The position numbers and the translations under genes were made by a program. Shown here piece by piece: positions 33,027-38,076 of a DNA stretch of 38,076 nt. The notes below the pieces were generated by a model that saw only the letters and a list, made by a program, of their open reading frames with translations, was not told the DNA's origin and made no database searches. This DNA comes from Thermoflexales bacterium. Its GTDB lineage: Bacteria; Chloroflexota; Anaerolineae; B4-G1; DUEL01. The stretch is from assembly GCA_037445395.1 (NCBI GenBank), contig JBBIKR010000027.1:1-38076 (forward strand). Reading direction: 5' to 3'. Each line of letters begins with the position of its first letter. Positions within the stretch are counted from its first letter, which is position 1.

Positions 33027-33880
33027 AAATCCTGGTGGTTCTCAATACACCGGACCACTTCCTCCGGGGTGGGGGTGCCGGAGAGGCCGGGCCGGGTGAC
33101 GGAGACGGCGGCGATACAGTTGGCCCGGCGCGCGGCCTGGGTGGGGTTGTCCCTCTGCCAGAGGCGGGCGAAGAAGACGGCCGCGAAGATGTCCCCCGCG
33201 CCGGTGGGGTCCACCTCCCGGGCCGGGAAGGCCGGCAAGTGCCAGACCCGCCCCTCAGCGTAGACGGAGCATCCGCGCGCGCCCCGGGTGACGGCCAGGA
33301 CACGGGTCCGGGCGGCCCAGCGGGCCGCCAGCGCCTCGTCGCCGCCGATGTCCTCCTCGCTCAGGACGACGGCGTCCGCCCGGGGAAGCCACTCCTCCGC
33401 CTCCTCCCACGGGCCGGGGGCGACCCGTCCGGCCCCGTCCCAGCGGCGCATCCAGCCCTGCGGGGTCAGGCCCAGAAAGTCGGCCCGGATGTGGTCGGCC
33501 AGGGCAGGGTCGCACTCCTGCGCCACCGGCCCCAGGTGGAGAATGCCGACGTGGCGCAGGATGAAACCTGCGCCACGGAGAGTATCGGGAGTCAGCGGAG
33601 CGGCGCGGGCGTGGAGAAACTGCATCCGCCCGTCCGAAGTGTACCGGTTTTCAAAGACCGTGTTCCTGGGGGCCGGAATGCGGTAAACGGTGACATCGGG
33701 AAGGACGGCGCTCAGGTCCAGGGAGTCGTCGGTGCTGGTGAGGACGGCGGTACGCAGGCCCAGCGCGCGGGCGGTGCGGGCGGCGTAGGCCGCCGTGCCG
33801 CCGGGGGTCAGCGACCCGTCCGGCAACCGGTCCTGGGTGACATGGCCGACGACGAGGTAGTCCCAGAGAAGCAAACTCAC
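33023..33880 (-). CDS. PfkB-family carbohydrate/nucleoside kinase
   Basis: 285 aa with N-terminal GG motif (TPGGTAAYAA) and C-terminal DPTGAGDIFAAVF anion-hole motif. GTG start overlaps the upstream stop (GTGA). Confidence 0.85.
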   Translation of the reverse strand: MSLLLWDYLVVGHVTQDRLPDGSLTPGGTAAYAARTARALGLRTAVLTSTDDSLDLSAVLPDVTVYRIPAPRNTVFENRYTSDGRMQFLHARAAPLTPDTLRGAGFILRHVGILHLGPVAQECDPALADHIRADFLGLTPQGWMRRWDGAGRVAPGPWEEAEEWLPRADAVVLSEEDIGGDEALAARWAARTRVLAVTRGARGCSVYAEGRVWHLPAFPAREVDPTGAGDIFAAVFFARLWQRDNPTQAARRANCIAAVSVTRPGLSGTPTPEEVVRCIENHQDL

Positions 33881-34308
33881 CGGGGTGCCGTCCTGGTACC
33901 CAACGCTTGCGAAAGCGCACGAAGTCGCGCGCCGATGGGGAGCCCCTGGAACGGAATTTCGTAGGAACTCAGGTGGCCGATCAGGGGCCGATAATATGCT
34001 TTCCCTGCCAGGATAATGAAGTGGTCGGTGCGCAGGTCAGCGTACCGGGCCAGTTGCTCCACCACGCGCTGTGCCCACTCCCGAATCTCACCTGCGGACA
34101 TCGTTTTCAGCGTCTGGTCGTAGGGCTCAACCTCGGCGTCCAGCGGCAACAGGCCGTATTTGGCGGAGAGGATGTAGATGGCATCCGGCGCCAGTTGCTC
34201 CGCGTAGGCCAGACTTTTCCGGAACAGAGCACTGGTATAGAGGTCTCTGGCGCGGGCTTTATGGGGCAACTTCCGCTTGACACAGGAAATCAGGACGATG
34301 CGCTTCAT
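33877..34308 (-). CDS. Small alpha/beta protein resembling the DUF6884 family (function unknown)
   Basis: 143 aa. The pattern MKRIVLISCVKRKL...ARDLYTSALFRKSLAYA...ILSAKYGLLPLD..VEPYDQTL matches what I recall for DUF6884. The family name is from memory. The ATG abuts the upstream TGA with no gap. Confidence 0.5.
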   Translation of the reverse strand: MKRIVLISCVKRKLPHKARARDLYTSALFRKSLAYAEQLAPDAIYILSAKYGLLPLDAEVEPYDQTLKTMSAGEIREWAQRVVEQLARYADLRTDHFIILAGKAYYRPLIGHLSSYEIPFQGLPIGARLRALSQALGTRTAPR

Positions 34309-35043
34309 TCACACCCCCTGTTTGGCACACCACGTTTCCATAGGGCATGCCCGGCACTGCGGGACAACGGCAAGACACCGGGTGCGCCCCAGATGCCACA
34401 GGGCCGCGTCCACAATCCCCGGCAAGTCCGGGTTCATTCTTCGCGCCGCCGCGACCGCCGCCCCATCTGTGGGAGCGTCGCTGACGCCCAGGCGGTATAA
34501 CACGCGCACGGTGTGGGTATTGGGCTTGATGTCTATGCTCCAGCGGTCGGGGAAGCGCACGCGAAAGACCCGTTCAATCAACAACACGGCCATATTCGCG
34601 ATGCCCGGCCCCACACCGTAGATGGAGAGAAAGGTACGGATCACCTCGGCCGCGCTTCGCCCCTCCCAGATTCGGGCCGCGTTCCCGCCGTACCTGTCCA
34701 CGACCAGATGGGTCAACTCATACAGCGTGCGCGGCGCGTCACTGATGTAGTGGGGACGGCGCGGCAGGCGCCGGATCAGAGAGGCCCAATTCTCCAGGGA
34801 GTACGCATACAGACGCCTGGGGTCCAGATGACCAACGACGGTGCGAACGTCGTAGGGGATGGTCCAGATGATTTCAGATTTGGTGCCGCGGTCCAGGCAG
34901 GCGGCCATGCAGAAGGCGTAGGGGTCTGAAGTGACCAGGTATGCGGCGTCGGGCACAACGGTTGGGCAGAGATCGGCCACGGGCACCTTTTCGCCGTAGG
35001 CCACCAGGGCCTGAGTGAGATCGGAAAGGGTTCCGGCCATCAT
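34309..35043 (-). CDS. HhH-GPD superfamily [4Fe-4S] DNA glycosylase-like protein (EndoIII/MutY-like, non-canonical catalytic residues)
   Basis: HhH hairpin IYGVGPGIANMAV, then THTVRVLYRLG (compare EndoIII DTHIFRVCNR). The C-terminal C-x6-C-x2-C-x5-C (CLAVVPQCRACPMETWC) has exactly the EndoIII FeS spacing. AGGAGG RBS. Confidence 0.8.
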   Translation of the reverse strand: MMAGTLSDLTQALVAYGEKVPVADLCPTVVPDAAYLVTSDPYAFCMAACLDRGTKSEIIWTIPYDVRTVVGHLDPRRLYAYSLENWASLIRRLPRRPHYISDAPRTLYELTHLVVDRYGGNAARIWEGRSAAEVIRTFLSIYGVGPGIANMAVLLIERVFRVRFPDRWSIDIKPNTHTVRVLYRLGVSDAPTDGAAVAAARRMNPDLPGIVDAALWHLGRTRCLAVVPQCRACPMETWCAKQGV

Positions 35044-35123
35044 CCCTCCTTTGCCGTAAATACCTCACCCTTCCCCCTCATAGGCGCTAACTCAATGGAG
35101 TGCCGGGCTGTCCACCGCCAGGA

Positions 35124-35278
35124 GCGCCGATTGGAAATCGGCCTCCCTGGTCGCTTTCGCGCCCGGCGTCGGCCTGCGCCGACGCATGCTCCCGGTCGGC
35201 GAAGGCCGACCGGAGGCTGGAAGCCCAAAGAGGACGACGCCTCGGGCGAGCCCTCGGCGTGGCCCTTCAGTCGGCGCT
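35124..35278 (+). repeat. GCGCCGATTGGAAATCGGCC-type repeat, copy C
   Basis: Shares its 5' end (gcgccgattggaaatcggcct), middle (ggccgaccggaggctggaagccca.agaggacgacgcctcgggcga) and 3' end (ggcccttcagtcggcgct) with copy B. Confidence 0.8.
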
Positions 35279-35325
35279 TCGTGCGACCCCGCCCGAAGGA
35301 GTACCCGGAATCCCCGGATGGCCTG

Positions 35326-36075
35326 CTACTCTTTCCCCACACGCGGAATAATCGTCACCCGGCGGCGGTTGCCCTCGCCGACGCTCTGGGTGGTGACGTC
35401 GGGGTGGTCCCGGAGCGCCAGGTGGATGATGCGGCGCTCGTAGGGGGGCATCGGCTCCAGATAGACGGTGCGCCCGCTCCGGACCGCCTGAGTGGCCATC
35501 CGCTCCGCCAGACGGCGGAGGTTCTGCTCCCGCCGTTGCTTGTAACCCTGGACGTCCACCACCAGATTGACCATCTGGCCCATCTTCCGATTGACCAGCA
35601 CGCGCAGGATGTGCTGAAGCGCAGCCAGGGTCTCCCCGCGCGGGCCGATCAGCGTGTCCGCCCCGGCGGTCTGGATATTCAGCACAAGGGCGGCCGTCTC
35701 CTCATCGGTTGCCGGCTCCGCCAAGCGGACCTGAATCTCGGCGGAGTATCCCAGGTGACGGAGGAGGTCCTCCAGTATGGAGCGGGCCACTTCAGCAGCC
35801 GGCGACTCCGGAGCGACCGGGGGAACCGGTGGGGCTGGGGCCGGGGTCGGGACCGGCGCAGGAATGGCCTCGGGGGCCACCAGCGGCGTGAGCCGGACCC
35901 GCGCCATCCGGGCGCCGATGCCCAGAATGCCCCGGCTCCCTTCGTCCAGAATCTCAATTTCCACCGCCTCGCGCGGGAGACGCAGCGCAGTCAGCCCCGC
36001 CGCGATGGCGGCCTCTACGGTCTCGCCGAAGAAAATCTTGCCTTCTGTGCTCACATTCGTACCCTCTTGGAGCAA
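35326..36075 (-). CDS. jag: Jag/KhpB RNA-binding protein (Jag_N, KH, R3H)
   Basis: N-terminal ...GETVEAAIAAGLTALRLPREAVEIEILDEGSRG, a Pro/Ala linker, and the C-terminal R3H region YERRIIHLALRDHPDVTTQSVGEGNRRRVTI. TTG 36075 has a GGAGG RBS, and GTG 36054 is an alternative start. Confidence 0.88.
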   Translation of the reverse strand: MLQEGTNVSTEGKIFFGETVEAAIAAGLTALRLPREAVEIEILDEGSRGILGIGARMARVRLTPLVAPEAIPAPVPTPAPAPPVPPVAPESPAAEVARSILEDLLRHLGYSAEIQVRLAEPATDEETAALVLNIQTAGADTLIGPRGETLAALQHILRVLVNRKMGQMVNLVVDVQGYKQRREQNLRRLAERMATQAVRSGRTVYLEPMPPYERRIIHLALRDHPDVTTQSVGEGNRRRVTIIPRVGKE

Positions 36076-36081
36076 GTTTCT

Positions 36082-36888
36082 TTACCTCCGCCTCTTCCGC
36101 CGGGCGGGCTGGGACGGCCGCTCTTTGGGGCGTTCTGCCTCTTTCGGCCGTTCCGATTCCTTCGGTGCCTCCGCCGCGCCCGCCGGGACCGGCTGCGGCC
36201 TGGGCGTCACAAAGTACTGGAGCAGGGTAACCAGATTGGAGATGATGAAGTAAATGGAAAGCCCTGAGGCATAGGAGATGGAGATGAAGCCGAACATTAA
36301 CGGCATCATGATCAACATCTGCTGGTTCATCGCCCTGGACTGGGGGTCCGTGGAGGGCGGGGTCAAGATTTTCTGCGAGAGCCATGAAGTGACCACCACC
36401 AGGATGGGAAGGACGTAATACGGGTCCGGTTGCCCCAGGTCCATCCACAGGAATCGGCTCTGCAGAGGGATGAGGGAGGCCAGGCCGGGGATGAAGGGAT
36501 AGACGTTCTGGGAAAGGCGGACCAGGTCCAGCGGACTGACCGCCAGGGTGCGCATGATGGCCTGCCAGAGGCCGTAGAGGAGAGGTAGTTGGATCAGGAG
36601 GGGCAGGCACCCTCCCAGGGGATTCATGCCGGCCTCCCGGTAGAGTTTCATCTGCTCCTGGGCCAGTTTTTCCCGGTCATTCGCATACAGTTTCTGGAGT
36701 TTCGCCAGTTCCGGCTGCAGTTCCTGCATCCGGCGGGCCGATTGCTGCTGCTTCAACGTCAACGGCAGGACGGCCAGCCGCACCACCAGCGTGAGCGCGG
36801 TAATCGCCAGCACCGTCTGGTGGCCCAGGAGGCGGTAAAACAGCAGCAACAGGTTCACCATCGGGTTCAAAATCAGAAAATCCCACAT
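36082..36888 (-). CDS. yidC: Membrane protein insertase YidC (short Oxa1-type)
   Basis: 268 aa with LPLTLKQQQSARRMQELQPELAKLQKLY..., NPLGGCLPLLIQLPLLYGLW and a basic C-terminal tail. Confidence 0.93.
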   Translation of the reverse strand: MWDFLILNPMVNLLLLFYRLLGHQTVLAITALTLVVRLAVLPLTLKQQQSARRMQELQPELAKLQKLYANDREKLAQEQMKLYREAGMNPLGGCLPLLIQLPLLYGLWQAIMRTLAVSPLDLVRLSQNVYPFIPGLASLIPLQSRFLWMDLGQPDPYYVLPILVVVTSWLSQKILTPPSTDPQSRAMNQQMLIMMPLMFGFISISYASGLSIYFIISNLVTLLQYFVTPRPQPVPAGAAEAPKESERPKEAERPKERPSQPARRKRRR

Positions 36889-36896
36889 TTCCTGCT

Positions 36897-36923
36897 CCGT
36901 ATTCCGTGGTCGGTGATTCCGTC
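36897..36923. repeat. ACGGAAT-type short repeats in the 35-nt gap between the bamB-like stop and the yidC start
   Basis: The minus strand reads gacggaatcaccgaccacggaatacgg. Same word family as 22503, 27531 and 8031. Confidence 0.5.
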
Positions 36924-38039
36924 TTACTGTTGCTGGGCCGGATATGACCAGACCGGGCGGCCGTTCTCCACGTAGAAGGCCTGCACGCGCTGGGGGGCGT
37001 TGATGCGGGTCACATAGACCCGCTCCCCGCCGATCGCCATAGAGCCCAACTGTCCCTGGCCGGCCTGCTGCCAGAGAACGAAGCCGTCGGCGGTATCCAG
37101 ACCGAAGAGGGTGCCGTTCTCGCTGGCGATCAGCAACCGCTTCCCGTCCGGGCTCAGTGCTGGGCCCAGCCGGACGGCCCCCTGCACCCGACTGCGCCAG
37201 ATTTCCTGCCCGGTCGCCGCATCCAGCGCGTAGACGTTGCCACCCACATCGGCCGCGTAGAGGCGGCTGCCGTCGCTCGCCGGAGTCCCCCAGAACCAGT
37301 TGGCGCCGGTAAAGCGCCAGATTTCGGTGCCATCGGCCAGCCGCAGAGCGTAGAGGTTGTGGTCAAATGAACCGATGTAGAGGGTATCGGTCAGGACGAG
37401 AGGGCGGTCGGCCATGGCGCTACCGGCCTGAAACTGCCAGCGCAGCACGCCGGTCTGCAGGTCCAGGGCATAGAGGTGGTGGTCCAGCGAAGCGATGTAG
37501 ACGGTATCGGATATGATCAGGGGCGTCGCCCAGACCCGGCCCCGGGTGGGATATTGCCAGGCGAGGGTGCCGTCGTCTATCCGCAGGCCGTAGACGTTGC
37601 CGTCGCTGTTGCCGATGACGAAGATACCGTCTCCGGCGGCGCCGGGAGCGATGAATTCCCCGCCCGCGGTGAAGGGTTGGGGCCATGCCATCCGACCGCC
37701 GTTGAGGGAAAGGGCGCGCAGGACACCCTGAGAATGGGCAAAGAAGCCGCCCCCGGTCCGTTCGTAGGACGTGACCAGGAGCAGTTCATCGTTCAGCAGG
37801 GTGACCGTGTAGAAGGGACCGTACTGACGGAGGTCCGGTGTGGCGGGGAACGCCCAGACTTCCTGACCGGTCTCCGCGTCCAGCGCCCGCACCTGTTCCA
37901 GGTCCGCCACGTAGAGGGTTCCGTCGTGGAGGAGCAGGGTGGTCCATGTGGTGGCGCGGATGCCGCCGGAACAACCGGCGAGGAGGAGGACGGCCAGCAG
38001 GGCCAGGGCGACCGGGTGGATATGCGATGGTCTATTCAC
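36924..38039 (-). CDS. PQQ-like beta-propeller repeat lipoprotein (BamB-like)
   Basis: Lipobox LLLAGCSG after an N-terminal signal peptide. Repeated ...LYALD..TG...W.. blades. GTG start with AGGAG RBS. Confidence 0.85.
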   Translation of the reverse strand: MNRPSHIHPVALALLAVLLLAGCSGGIRATTWTTLLLHDGTLYVADLEQVRALDAETGQEVWAFPATPDLRQYGPFYTVTLLNDELLLVTSYERTGGGFFAHSQGVLRALSLNGGRMAWPQPFTAGGEFIAPGAAGDGIFVIGNSDGNVYGLRIDDGTLAWQYPTRGRVWATPLIISDTVYIASLDHHLYALDLQTGVLRWQFQAGSAMADRPLVLTDTLYIGSFDHNLYALRLADGTEIWRFTGANWFWGTPASDGSRLYAADVGGNVYALDAATGQEIWRSRVQGAVRLGPALSPDGKRLLIASENGTLFGLDTADGFVLWQQAGQGQLGSMAIGGERVYVTRINAPQRVQAFYVENGRPVWSYPAQQQ

Positions 38040-38076
38040 GCTGGGGCTCTCCTTGAAATGACCAATGTACCAATGA

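Overview
This is a visibly GC-rich bacterial chromosomal window. The gene content and repeat types remind me of thermophilic Chloroflexota, but I have not tested that. I support 33 protein-coding genes and find no rRNA, tRNA, CRISPR array, transposase or integrase. Gene order: ligA (+) converges on a dnaK-grpE operon (-) across a 114-bp intergenic tract made only of G/C homopolymers. Next come an MFS transporter, a MaoC dehydratase, a DUF1385 protein, an Ldh_2 dehydrogenase and an orphan UPF0175 antitoxin-like gene. A split ChlI/ChlD-like AAA+/VWA pair sits beside a URO-D homologue. Then come comM, a small ORF, a tandem-repeat coiled-coil protein and a tungsten-type aldehyde:ferredoxin oxidoreductase. 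A tightly packed five-gene envelope-glycosylation operon follows (GT-C, epimerase, embedded mpg DNA glycosylase, large GT-C, EamA). After that is a selenium-utilisation cluster (yedE, tusA-like, selD, class-V cysteine desulfurase, yedF). The window ends with an origin-proximal-type cluster on the minus strand: bamB-like, yidC, jag, [HhH-GPD FeS glycosylase, DUF6884-like, PfkB kinase], parA, parB. Main hidden signals: (1) selD is a selenoprotein gene. An in-frame TGA at 27800-27802 sits at the catalytic Cys/Sec position, a SECIS-like hairpin follows it, and plain ORF calling truncates the gene. (2) A near-consensus sigma70 promoter and a roughly 270-nt highly structured leader with terminator/antiterminator alternatives precede yedE. 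This is a candidate new cis-regulatory RNA. (3) A three-gene module (non-canonical HhH-GPD glycosylase, DUF6884-like protein, PfkB kinase) is translationally chained onto parAB where mnmG/rsmG normally sit. (4) A roughly 60-bp palindromic repeat is inserted in frame inside a GT-C gene. (5) At least seven distinct hairpin or MITE-like repeat families fill almost every intergenic region. All functional calls come from motif recognition by eye; I ran no database search.
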